Shown here: positions 1 through 10,511 of the stretch, piece after piece | Layout of the letters: every line of letters starts with the position of its first letter | Position numbering within the stretch: the first letter of the stretch is position 1 | NCBI GenBank assembly: GCA_025558095.1 | Contig: JAIVFI010000001.1 | Location: 1,302,001 to 1,366,000 of the forward strand | DNA: 64,000 nt | Reading direction: 5' to 3' | Origin: Hyaloraphidium curvatum SAG 235-1 | Lineage: Eukaryota; Fungi; Monoblepharomycota | Notes under the pieces: generated by a model | Told to the model about the DNA's origin: nothing | Databases searched by the model: none | The model's input: only the letters and a program-made list of their open reading frames with translations | Position numbers and translations under genes: made by a program

Positions 1-1592
1 CGAATAGCTGACTCGATTGTGAAGCCGGGTCTTCGCTCGAGGGCCACGTTGTTCCGCTTCCTCCGGTCAACGCCACACCCGAACCGACCATCGTCCTGGA
101 CTGTTCCAACATGGATAAGGTTATTGAAGTCAGACCTCACGATTTGGATTGCGAGGTTGAGCCCGGGATTGGTTGGATGGACCTGGAGCGTCAACTGAAG
201 CCCACCGGCCTCTTCTTCCCGCCCGACCCGGGTGCCGCTGCGGCTCTTGGCGGAATGTGCGGTACCAGCTGCTCAGGGACCCTGGCATGGAAGTGGGGCA
301 CGATGAGAGGTTGACGTTTGGGCTTGTTTTCATTGCCAAACTCTGATTCTCTGAACAGAGAACGTTCTTTCGTTACGTGTCGTGCTCGCGGACGGCACGG
401 TCGTCAAGACGCGGTCGAGGGCAACCAAGTCCTCCGCGGGCTGTGGGTGTCTACCATCCCGAACCAGATCCTTTTGCTAACGAAACGGATTACAGACGAC
501 CTGACCCGGCTCTTCATTGGCTCCGAGGGAACCCTGGGCGTCGTCTCGTCGTGCACTCTCCGCCTCAAGCGAATCCCCACCCACAAAGTCGCCGCGACCT
601 TGCAGTTTTCCACCCTCGAGGGCGCGTGCCGCCTCGCACACGCTATCGTCGAGCGGTGCATTCCGCTGCAGCGGCTGGAGATCATGGATGCCGAGGCCGT
701 TCGGGTGAGTCGCTTCGGGAACCGCTTCACCACAAGCTCTGACGAGTTTCCAGGCTGTCAACATCCACTACGATGCCGAGCTCCCCATCGCTCCGCTCAT
801 GCTCCTTGATGTGGCTGGCCAAACCAAGAACGAGGTCGAGAGCCTGCTGCGTCAGACGGAAGAGCTTGTTGGGACCACCCGCGCGGCGATCGAAGCTGGC
901 CAGGCCGGTGCTGGCGGCGCGTTCGGTGTTATTGGCTGGAAAATGACGTGGGACGAGAAGGAGGCCGAGGAGCTGTGGAGCACGCGCAAACGGGCCTTTT
1001 TCGCGAGCCGGAGCTTGAGGAAGGACCTTCTCGACAAGAAGGTCAAGCTCGAGGTGCTCGTCACGGATGTCGCGGGTCCGTTGTCCATCGCCCGCTCCTG
1101 CTCTTTCCGTTTGCTGACACCATTGTTGCCATCTAAAGTCCCGATCTCGAAGCTCGCGGAGGCGCTTCCTCGAATGCAGGACTTGGCGGCAAAGTACAAC
1201 CTCGTGAACTGCGTCGTTGCCCATGCCGGTGTGGTTTCCTTTCTCGCGCTTTGTCGGTCTTTGCTTATCTCTAGGCTACAGGCGACGGGAACTGGCACAA
1301 CCTGCTCGTCGTCAAGGAAGGCGATCACGAGGAGATTGAGCGCGCGGAGCTGTTCAAGGACGCCATGGCCGAGCTCGCCATCTCCTTGGGCGGCACCTGC
1401 ACCGGCGAGCACGGTGTGGGCACCGGCAAGAAGCATCTCCTGGAGAAGGAGCTCGGGCCCGAGGCCGTGGCGCTGATGCGGACGATCAAGAAGGCGCTGG
1501 ACCCGCGCAACATCCTCAACCCTGGCAAAGTGATCGATTTGGACCCGAAGGCGCCGCCGCGGACGCACTGGCTTGGCAAGCCGAAGCTGTAG
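1..1592 (+). CDS. FAD-linked oxidase, D-lactate dehydrogenase (cytochrome)-like; multi-exon, 5' end outside the window
   Basis: Motifs FFPPDPGAAAALGGMCGT, LFIGSEGTLGVV, AHAG..DGNWH and GGTCTGEHGVG..LDPRNILNPGK are spread over ORFs 111-314, 318-809, 799-1476 and 1365-1592, joined by short GT..AG introns. Confidence 0.9.
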
Positions 1593-1667
1593 GCGGGCTC
1601 AAAGTAGATCGTGCTGTTCCGATCAAGTGTCAATTTGCGAATAATTACCATACAGCAGGATCTCCAT

Positions 1668-2148
1668 TCAGGATTCGGTCAACGCCTTCAGCTTTGCGTC
1701 GTCGGCACAGTCAGGAACGTCCACAAGCCGCGCAATCTCCCCTTGCTGTTCCGTTCGTGAGGACAAGGAGCGAATGCTCATGACGAAGCAACCCACTGCT
1801 CCCCACTTGATCAGAGTCGGTACCGCGGTTCCTTTTACTTCCGCCAAATGCCTGTAGTAGTTGCCGGGGTCCTTCCAGGTCGGCTTGTCGCCTCCGTCAA
1901 GCAGCAGCAAGGTCGCGTCGGGAGACAGCGCTGCCCGGATCGTAGGCTCCGACCGTCGGCAGTCCGGGCACCACTGTCGATCGTGAGACGCACATGCAAT
2001 GTGCAGTGGTCCGAAGACCGCGTACCGATGCCCCGTTCGCGTCCCGGTGGCCGTGAAGGTAGACAAATACGGGGCCGGATTCGGCGAGCGAGGCGACGAG
2101 CGGCAGGAACCGCTCCCGCTCGGCGTAGGGGAGAAGGACGTCCGGCAT
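1668..2148 (-). CDS. TXNDC17: Thioredoxin domain-containing protein 17 (TRP14)-like, probably 3 exons
   Basis: MPDVLLPY..VFVYLHGHRDANGAS | WCPDC..WKDPGNYYR..AVPTLIKW | ..ALTES*. The WCPDC active site and VPTL motif are typical of TRP14. Confidence 0.85.
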
Positions 2149-2319
2149 CGCTCGGAAAGGAGGGATGAAATGCGTTTTCCCACTCAAGTGGACGGTCAAT
2201 TTGGCTCCCGGAGTTCGGAATGTCACCCACAGACACGATCACTCCTCCACCTCTGACGAGATCGGACGCCAATTCGATGACATCAGGGATCGTAAGCTAA
2301 GATTCGTGCTATGGTAAAA

Positions 2320-3567
2320 TTAACCAGATGCTGCTGCTGCGGTACCGTTCTTCAGAACGGAATCGCTTAACCACTTTTTCACCTGGGCGACAAAGATCTT
2401 TCGCGCCGCCAACGGATTCTTGTTTCCACACTGCCACTTGATGCTAGCCAGATGGATGTTCCCTACCTGCAGCCGAGGAACGTCGTCCAAGTGTCCAAAC
2501 TGGCATTTGACCACGTGCTGAACGCCAGCTGCCGTCGCGAATGCGATGGCCTGGTTCAAGTCTGCTCGCTGATCAAATGGTCGATCAAGAGCAATCTTGT
2601 ACTTGACGTCTCCGACCGCGACGCATTTCGTTTGATGCTTGAAGACGAGGTCTGGATTGAACCCGTACTCTTTGCCGCGGCTGTCCTTAACCATCGTGCG
2701 TGACTTCGATACGCTTATGCCCAGATGCGACCACAATGTCTTCCTCAGAATGGCGCGAAGTCCGTCCTCAGCAATCGCTGCGGAAGGCAGAAGGAAGCAC
2801 CAGCTGATCGTGTCTCCGAACTCAGCGGATCGTGAGATGGAGTCAAGAATGTGACAAGCAAATGTCCAAGCGGTTTCATAATGGGCCATCCGGCGGCTCG
2901 GTGGAACGTCCCTGTCTCCAGGCTGAAGATCTCCGACGCCGTCGAACTTTTTCAGTAACCCTTGCGCGTCAGAAGCATAGACTCGTGTCCGCGGTCCGCG
3001 AAGTTCCGCGACGACTTCCAGCGCCGCTCGCAAAACCCTGTTCACAGCAGTGTTTGGGGACTGCACATCCGCTGTGACTTTTGGCTCCAAAACGCCTTCA
3101 TAAAATCTTCTAGCAACGTGCATGGGATCTAGAGCGCCGTTCCACGTTTCCCCGACGACTTCGGCATCTCGGTAGTCACGGAAAAGAGGAGAGTATAGAA
3201 GAAGCTCCAGTTCGTCCAGAAACCATCTCAAGATGAGTTCCACGAGGCCGCAGGCTGGCGCGGCCTTGAGTTCGGTAGGCTCGAAGCTGGGTACGAACTT
3301 GGCCACGCCGGCGAGGTACAGAAGATGGTTCAGAGGAATCTTCGAGCTAATGACTATGGTCCGTTCGCCTGCACCGATGAGACCGACCACGTTCATCGCG
3401 CTGAGCTGCCATTTGCCATTGTCCAGGCGTTCGATGTTGACACGGCGGTCCTCCTTGAAAGTCGTTGCCCTCTGGAGGCCATCGACCATCGCCTTGAGCG
3501 CCAGACCCTCAAATTCGTCAATATCAATCTCGAAAGGCCGCCCATCGTCCTGGAAAGGGCGTTTCAT
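2320..3567 (-). CDS. mcrC: McrC-family PD-(D/E)xK nuclease (type IV restriction McrBC subunit), intronless
   Basis: 415-aa ORF. N-terminal NVVGLI..IVISSKIPLNHLLYL and NTAVNRVLRAAL segments; C-terminal NPDLVF...VGDVKYK...ADLNQAIAFA catalytic motifs of McrC. Adjacent to an McrB GTPase gene. Confidence 0.85.
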   Translation of the reverse strand: MKRPFQDDGRPFEIDIDEFEGLALKAMVDGLQRATTFKEDRRVNIERLDNGKWQLSAMNVVGLIGAGERTIVISSKIPLNHLLYLAGVAKFVPSFEPTELKAAPACGLVELILRWFLDELELLLYSPLFRDYRDAEVVGETWNGALDPMHVARRFYEGVLEPKVTADVQSPNTAVNRVLRAALEVVAELRGPRTRVYASDAQGLLKKFDGVGDLQPGDRDVPPSRRMAHYETAWTFACHILDSISRSAEFGDTISWCFLLPSAAIAEDGLRAILRKTLWSHLGISVSKSRTMVKDSRGKEYGFNPDLVFKHQTKCVAVGDVKYKIALDRPFDQRADLNQAIAFATAAGVQHVVKCQFGHLDDVPRLQVGNIHLASIKWQCGNKNPLAARKIFVAQVKKWLSDSVLKNGTAAAASG

Positions 3568-3796
3568 TTGTCCAGGGGTACGCTACTGCGGGCTGCCACG
3601 GTCCCGCGCGCGCAGCGTGGCGCCGGCGTGCACATACATGTACATCACCACGCGCCTGCCATACTCCGTCTTGGGTTGATGCGTTGACGTCGAACAACGC
3701 GGCAGCTTGTTCGTTTCAGCACCCGTGTTTTATTCGCCCGCGAACGGTCGCCGGAACGCGCATCGAACGACAACCAGTTTTGCGTCTCCCTTGGGA

Positions 3797-4766
3797 ATGG
3801 AGCCATTGCCGGGTAGTGACGGCGCATCAGAGTCCTCTCTTAAACGATCAGTGGATCGCAGTGGCACTACTGATGAGCCGCGGAAGATCCAGCGGACGAA
3901 CGGACCAGGCGGCGCTGCGGTCAAGGAGGACCAAGGACAGCCCCCTGTCCCCGCTGTTCCCGGCAGAAACTGGAGGGGTTTCCCTATAACTTTTGATGGG
4001 CTACTGTCAATCGTGGCCTCGGATCTGTCGGACGAAGTTGTGGACGATATCATCAATGGCGAACCGTTCAAGAGGAAGGACATTGATCAAGTCCGGCTTT
4101 TGAGGGTGTCGAAAAGTGCTGTTAAGGATGCTTATCATCGCGTGTTTCACGACATGTCTTACTTCACCCTTGAGCGCGAAATCGAAAGCAATTGCTTTGC
4201 GTTCCTGGCCCAAGAAGCTCAATTATTCCATCTCCACATGTGGGGCCGTGGAGGGCTGAGAAGCCAAGGATGGGCACGCTTACTGCATCTCTTCAAAGGT
4301 GAAGGCCTGGATGTAGTATGGCACAGGAAGCTCCCAGGCCCAGACAAGCTCATCATCGAGTACATTCAAGTTGCTGTTTCCCAATCACATTGCCTTCGCA
4401 TGACTAGCAGACCATGTTCTAGACAATCACATTGCCTTCGCATGACTAGCAGACCATGTTCTAGACAAAGCAAAGCTCTCTGGTCTTTTTCTTGTAGATT
4501 TGAATTTGGGGATGCTCGATGAGGAGGTTCTTGCTTCCAGTCTGTCTAAGTTACCTCAGTTGCAGCAACTGTCCTTGAAAGGCAATCACTTCAAGAATGG
4601 GATGCTGCCATTCTATGCTCCAATTGGTGGAATGAAACACTTGACCTACCTGGGACTCCCTAGCTCATGGGAGGAGGACAGTGATAAGCTTATTGGATTA
4701 CTGAATGAATTGAAACAACTGGAATTCATTGTCACTCCTATCTTGAATGCTTTGTCGGCCAGGTAA
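3797..4766 (+). CDS. Putative N-terminal region of the McrB gene: NLS-like, F-box-like and LRR-like segments, either spliced or disrupted
   Basis: ATG at 3797. KR-x11-RKIQR (3842-3895); F-box-like SDLSDEVVDDII..LLRVSK..AYHRVF; LRR-like LSKLPQLQQLSLKGNHF / MKHLTYLGLP / LKQLEFI (4500-4763) in the same frame as McrB. Contains a frame break and a TAA at 4764. Confidence 0.5.
4382..4465 (+). repeat. Exact 42-bp tandem duplication
   Basis: caatcacattgccttcgcatgactagcagaccatgttctaga at 4382-4423 and again at 4424-4465. Confidence 0.95.
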
Positions 4767-4817
4767 TTTTTTCAATGTGTACTCGATGCATCGCCTGCGT
4801 TAGCCAACCTTTCTACC

Positions 4818-6065
4818 ATGTACCTTGCAACACCTTCCTTGGAAATGCCAGCAGAGTCATTTTATGGGTCAAAGCTCGAGGACATGAAGCAACGATGGCC
4901 CGAGCTGTACTTTTCAGGTTACAACAGTGCCATCAAGCATCTGAACGAACCAGTTAAGGTGCTGAATGAGACTTCAGTACTGGACACGCAAGATCCAGCA
5001 GTAACCAGTTCAAATGAGCTAGACATGGGCTTGTATGAACGCCAGGATCAGCATCAGCTGCTTGCAAACCTGGCAAATGTTCGGGTGGACAAGTTCAAGG
5101 CATGCATTGACATCCTGTGCAGCTCGCGACCAAACTTACTCCTCAGTGGACCACCTGGGACAAGCAAAACGTTTCTGGCAGAGAAGCTGACCGAACACTT
5201 CTTTCGAAGTTCGGAAGAGCGGAAGCAGCGGGTGACATTCGTGCAATTCCATCCCTCGTACACCTATGAGCAGTTTGTCGAAGGCTTATACCCGCAACTC
5301 GTGGATGATAAAGTGAAATTCGATGTTCGTCCCGGGAAGCTAAGGCTTGCTGCGGAGTGCGCGAGAGTGAACGCAGCTGAGCGGCCAGGTGCCATCCTCG
5401 TTATTGACGAGCTCAACCGTGGAAACGTTGCTAAGATCTTTGGTGAACTCTTGTACCTCATCGAATACCGTGACAAGGAGATCATGCTCCAGCATTCCGA
5501 CCACTCTAAGGATTCGGAGCGCTCCAAGGACCCTCCGAACTCCTTTTTCTCGATCCCCAGCAATCTGGCGATCATTGCGACCATGAACACGGCCGATCGC
5601 AGCATCCAGTCGCTCGATGCAGCAATGCGGCGGCGGTTCAACGTCGTGGAGCTTCCTCCGGACGCGGACGTGCTCGAGAGTTTCTATGGAGACCGAGCGA
5701 ATCTCTTGCGTGGTGCGGAACTGGTGGCGCTGATTCGTGGATTCAATCAGCTTAACGAACAACTGAGGACCGATCTATCGGAAGATCAGCAGTTCGGCCA
5801 CGCGAATTTTCTCCCGCACCCAAAGTCGGACGTAAAGGGGAAAGGGCGAGAGGGAACGTCCGACTATGAGCAGTTCGGTCCCCAGCAACTTCAGCGTCGT
5901 TGGAAAGAGATCATCTACCCGCAACTCCGCGAGTACTTCCACGGCAATCGAAACAAGAGCAAGCTTGATTCCTACACTTTTTCTAGCTTTTGGGGAAGGA
6001 GCAAATGGGTCGAGGGATGGACAGAGCCAAAGACAAAGCAGGGCTCTGGTCGTCGACAAACTTGA
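4818..6065 (+). CDS. mcrB: McrB-family AAA+ GTPase (type IV restriction McrBC motor subunit)
   Basis: Walker A LLLSGPPGTSKT, FVQFHPSYTYEQFVEG, Walker B LVIDELNRGNVAKIFGEL, the McrB NxxD signature MNTADRS, DAAMRRRF, QFGHANFL and W..IIYPQLREYF. Confidence 0.93.
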   Translation: MYLATPSLEMPAESFYGSKLEDMKQRWPELYFSGYNSAIKHLNEPVKVLNETSVLDTQDPAVTSSNELDMGLYERQDQHQLLANLANVRVDKFKACIDILCSSRPNLLLSGPPGTSKTFLAEKLTEHFFRSSEERKQRVTFVQFHPSYTYEQFVEGLYPQLVDDKVKFDVRPGKLRLAAECARVNAAERPGAILVIDELNRGNVAKIFGELLYLIEYRDKEIMLQHSDHSKDSERSKDPPNSFFSIPSNLAIIATMNTADRSIQSLDAAMRRRFNVVELPPDADVLESFYGDRANLLRGAELVALIRGFNQLNEQLRTDLSEDQQFGHANFLPHPKSDVKGKGREGTSDYEQFGPQQLQRRWKEIIYPQLREYFHGNRNKSKLDSYTFSSFWGRSKWVEGWTEPKTKQGSGRRQT

Positions 6066-6138
6066 ATGATGTTTCCCGTGCAAACATTTGCATTGCAGCC
6101 AATACATTCCCTGAAACCGCGTCTAAAACCGCGATCGT

Positions 6139-9100
6139 CTAATCGGCGAGCTCGTCCCAAGCCCCGTCGCCGGCGCCCGAATGTCCGTGGAGATCGTGGT
6201 CGTCGCCCAGCACGACAAACTCGTCCAGCTCCATCCCCGCGGTCGGCAGTTCCAAGTGGGATCCGGGAGCCTGCATCAAGTGTCCGTCGTGCACCGCAGG
6301 CCCGCCGTGCGGACTGAACTGGCCGCTCGGGAAAAGCAGGTCGTCGTAGGTCTGCATCCGGGGCGGCGTCGTCGACATGGAAACCGAGCCCGACGCGACA
6401 CCGCCCGCCGGAGTCGTTTCTTTGGGCGGCTGCGCTGCCTTTGGCGACGAGACTCGCGAGATCGGGTCCGAGCCGCCGGCATCCGGAAGGTCCTCCGCCG
6501 ACGCCGAAGCCGTCGTTCTCCGCCGCCGCCTGCCTCCGCCCTCCTCGTACGAAACGACGGGGTCCAGCTTCTCCATCTCCTGCATCTTCTTGAAGCGATC
6601 GGCGTACTCGGGCGGCAGGTCGACGTCCTCGATCCCGCCGTCCAGGTCCTCCTCCTCGACGTCACGGAGCAGATCGTCGTCGTCGTCGTCCTCCTCGGCG
6701 GCCGCATCCCCGGGCTCAAAACCGCGGTCGCCACCGCCCTGCACATCCGGTTCCGACGGTTCGCTCGCCGCCTCCCCAGCGTCCGCCAGCCCCACCTGGG
6801 CCAGGCCTTCCTGATACTCGCCGTCGTCGCTCTCGTCTTCTTCCTCTTCGGCGAGACCCGCGGGTGCGGCTTCCTCCTTCATGCTCCGCATAGCGTCGTC
6901 CGCGGCCGCTCTCCGCCTCCGTCCGGGCACCACGCCGGCGTCCTCGCCGGCGTCCTGAAGCAGATCCGCGAGCTCGTCTTCAGAAACAGCGAGCGGCTCC
7001 TCCTCTCGCACGGGCGGCGGCTGGGGCGCGTGCGGGAACGACGCCTCGGACCGCGCGCTCCCCTTCTCGCTCGCCGCTTCCTCCGCCGCGCTCGCCGTAC
7101 CGGGAGGCATGAAGGAGCCCGCGGGCCGCGCTACGCGGCCCGGTGCCCACCGGGAAAAGCTTTTTTTCACCTGCACCTTGGCCATGTTCTCGAACTCGAG
7201 CTCCCAGCCGGGCCGCACGCCGAGGCCGGCGGCCTGGTGGAAGACAAAGTTGAGCAGGTCCACGCGGAAGAGGGAAAAAACGTATTCCGAGGTCACGTCC
7301 TCCTCGCCCGCCGAGATGACGGCGCCGTTGGCGGGCGAGGCGCGGACCTTGCTTCCGGCAGGGTTGGAGTGCGCGAGGACGACCCGCGAATGCTATGCGA
7401 TTGCTCGGCGTCAGCCAAATGGAGCAGCGAGACGAGATTGGGCTACCAACGTCGTAGTACCACTGCTCCTTGCCGTAGATCGCGGCGGGCGGGTTCGAGT
7501 CGCCCATGGCAAGCGCGACACCAGCAACACGTCCTTCAATGGCTGGAAAATGAACGCCGAGAGGTTGAAAAGCCTGAATGGAGTGATCGAAGAGTGCTAC
7601 TCACGTCGCTGGTTGATCAGGTTGACAACGCTCGTGCACGTGTTCCCAACTCCAATGAGCACGGCCGGATGGAGCAAATCCCCGTTCGGCCTGATCCACT
7701 CGACGTCAGAACAGCTCGCCGCGCGGCAGGAGATGTCAATCAACTCACTCGATCAGCTCGTCCCAAATCCCGCCCAGCAGTTCGTCCAGCAGCTGCATCC
7801 TGTCCAGCCTCTCCAGCCCGGACCGCTTCATCTCGTCCATGTCCGCCTCGACGACAAACACCAGCACGTCCTCCGGGTCCACGTGCGTCGTCAGCGCCTT
7901 GAGGAAGCTCACGGTCGGGTCCAGCAGGTGCGAAGACCCCCGCTCCAGCACGTTCTCGTACGGGTCCAGGACGGCGCGCACCGAGGGCGACTCGTGCACG
8001 AAGATGATGGGGTGCCGGCGCGCACGCGGCTGTTCCCAGCGCTGCCCGCCCGCGCGGGGGAGCGAGGCGACGTCGCCAAAGACGTGGATGTCGCCGTGGA
8101 AGCGGTTCCGGATGTGCGGCGAGAGCGAGGACTCGTCCCAGCGGAAGTGGACGAAGCCGAGGGCCGTCGTGAGGAGCATGTGCCGGTAGACCGAAAGAAC
8201 TTCTGCAGAGATCGCAAGAAACGAATCAGAATCAACGATTGGGTGGCAGACGGCCGAGAAAACCAACCCTGCATGCTCCACGCGGCCGCCTTGTAGACGG
8301 TGCGGTCCCTCTTGTTCCTGTCCACGCGCATGTGGTGCCTGGGCAGCATGCTCTCCCAGTAACGGCTCTGGATCCTCACGACCTGCTCCACCACCTCGTA
8401 CGCCTTGCGGCACGGCACGCCGACGCGCCCGTAGTCGAACGACGGCACGGGGTCGCCCAGGAGCACGCTCGTTACCGCCGCCATGGACAGCGACACGCTC
8501 CGCGCGTTGTACCCGCCCTCGAGCGCCACCACGACCCGCCCGCCAGCAAGGGAAGACAGCATGTAGGTCATGTGCGCGTAGCCGAACGGCGTCACCCGGC
8601 ACCCGCCCAGCGGGTCGTCCATGGCCGCGTCGAAGCCGGCCGAGATGATGACGAGCTCGGGGTTGTACTCGGTGGCGATGGGCATGACCACGCGCTGGAA
8701 GGCGTGGATGTAGTCCGCGTCGCCGAGGCCGCCGCCGCCCTCCCAGGGCACGTTGACGTTGAACCCCGTGCCGGGGCCCTCGCCGATGGCGTTGGCGGCC
8801 GCGTCGTTCGAGTTGGGGTAGAACTGCATGTTGTCGTATCGGTGGATGGAGATGTAGAGCACCGCGGGGTCGTTGAAGAAGGCGTTCTGGGTGCCGTTGC
8901 CGTGGTGCACGTCCCAGTCCAGGATCAGGATCCGGCGCAGGCCGTGCTTGGCCTTGAGCACGTTGGCGGCCACCGCGACGTTGTTGAAGACGCAGAAGCC
9001 CATGGGCTCGTGGGCCTCGGCGTGGTGGCCGGGCGGGCGGACCACGCAGACGCCGTTGTGCAACTCGCCGCGGGCCACGCGCGAGCACATCTCGATCACG

Positions 9101-10211
9101 CTGCCGCACGACAGCATCGCCGAGGCGTACGACTCGTGGTTGACGTAGAGCGAGTTGAACGCGTTGCCAAAGTTGCGGAGCTCGTACGAGCTCATTTCTG
9201 GACCGCCGAAAAGTCAGCTGATCTGCAGTCCATGAGGCCAAGAAAACGCCTACCGGTGGTCCGCACGATGTGCGCAATCATTTCTTCGGTGTGGAACAGC
9301 CTCAGCTCGTCCAGCGTCGCGTTCCTGCACTTGACGCGCGAGCACCGGTCCGCCAGCCCCTCGCGCCGCAGGGTCTCCCACACCTTGCGCAACCGCTCCG
9401 GGTTCTCGGGGTGCGTGTCGTGCTCCTCGTCCAGGATCCGGTGCGCAAGCATCCGCGCGTCGTAGGCCAGGCCGGTGATCCGCGGCGGACGCCCCGGCGG
9501 GGCGATGACGTACGGCGTGGCGTACGTGCGCGCCGGGCGCGGCGGCGAGGCCGGCAGCGGCATCGGCGGCGAGGCCTCGCGCCGACGGGGCACCACGGGC
9601 GGATAAAACGGGTACATCCGCGGATCGTACTCGTCCTGGTCGGAGCGCGAGTCGACCGAGACAGCCCGGGGCGAGCGGCGCACCTCGGGCGAGCGCCGCG
9701 ACACCGGGATCGCGGGCAGCGGCGGCGTGGGGCCGGCCGACGGCGGCTGCACCGAGAGCGACGGCCCGCCGATCGTGTAGGACGACGGCCGGCGCGCCGA
9801 AAAGGCGCCGGGGTCGAGCTCCATCTCCTCCTCGAAGGCGGCCGCGTCCAGGCCGCCGTACGCGCCCGAGCCGACGTAGGCCGTCGACCCCCCGAAATTC
9901 GCAGAGGCATTGAATCCGCCCAGTGATCCGTGCGAGTTGTGCGAGTTATGTGCCGGGAGGGCGCCCGGGAACGCGAACGCGTCGCCGAAGAAGCCGTCGG
10001 AGGCGTCGCCGCCGTCCTCGCCGTGCAGCAGCAGGCTGTCCATGCGCGGGTTCTGGTGCAGCGGCAGCGACGCGCCGGGCGGCAGGTCCGACGGCGGCGT
10101 GTGCGCGCGCGCCGGGTGCGCGTGGCGCGGCCCGCGCCGCGTCGGCGACGGCAGCGGCTCCGTCAGCGGGTCGGCGTCCGAGTCGGACTCGACCTCGAAG
10201 ACGCGCGACAT
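6139..10211 (-). CDS. Class II histone deacetylase (Hda1/Clr3-like) with Arb2-like domain and acidic low-complexity tail; multi-exon
   Basis: HPENPERL, RPPGHHAE..MGFCVFNNVA, ILDWDVHHGNGTQ, ISAGFDAA.DDPLG and LEGGY motifs. The downstream minus-strand exons (8206-7745, ~7400-6139) are inferred to belong to the same gene. Confidence 0.9.
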
Positions 10212-10511
10212 GGCGGCGCCCGGGCGGCCCCGGTGCGCAAGGGCGGTTGGCACCGAAATGGGAGGACGAGGGACTTCGCCCAGACCGCCAACCCAACCCA
10301 GATGCAGCTGGAATCCACGCCCATCCGTCCACTCTATGGCCTAAAGAAAGCCACTAAAACTCAGTCAGAGCACTCGGTTCGATGAACCCGGGGTCCATCA
10401 CCCCGTAGCGGCACCACGACCAGGTACCGATCCGAAGCCCGTCTCACGACGCTCACAGTCAGCAGACCCATCTAGTTCCCCAATACATGTCAAAAGGCAG
10501 GTCCCCACCCC

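Noticed and set aside
4382-4468. 42-bp direct repeat near a defence-like locus as a possible CRISPR array
   Set aside because: The copies are directly adjacent with no spacer, there are only two, and there are no cas genes.
4763-4803. 41-nt GT..TAG intron linking the LRR segment to McrB
   Set aside because: The length is not a multiple of 3, while both sides are in the same frame, so it would frameshift.
2200-6140. Terminal inverted repeats or target-site duplication delimiting the McrBC island
   Set aside because: None found by eye and no transposase or integrase is present, so it was not called a mobile element.
6181-9465. Long plus-strand ORFs opposite the HDAC gene, and similar antisense or alternative-frame ORFs throughout the window
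   Set aside because: These are Arg/Pro/Ala-rich shadow ORFs expected from high GC3 codon bias, with no recognisable motifs.
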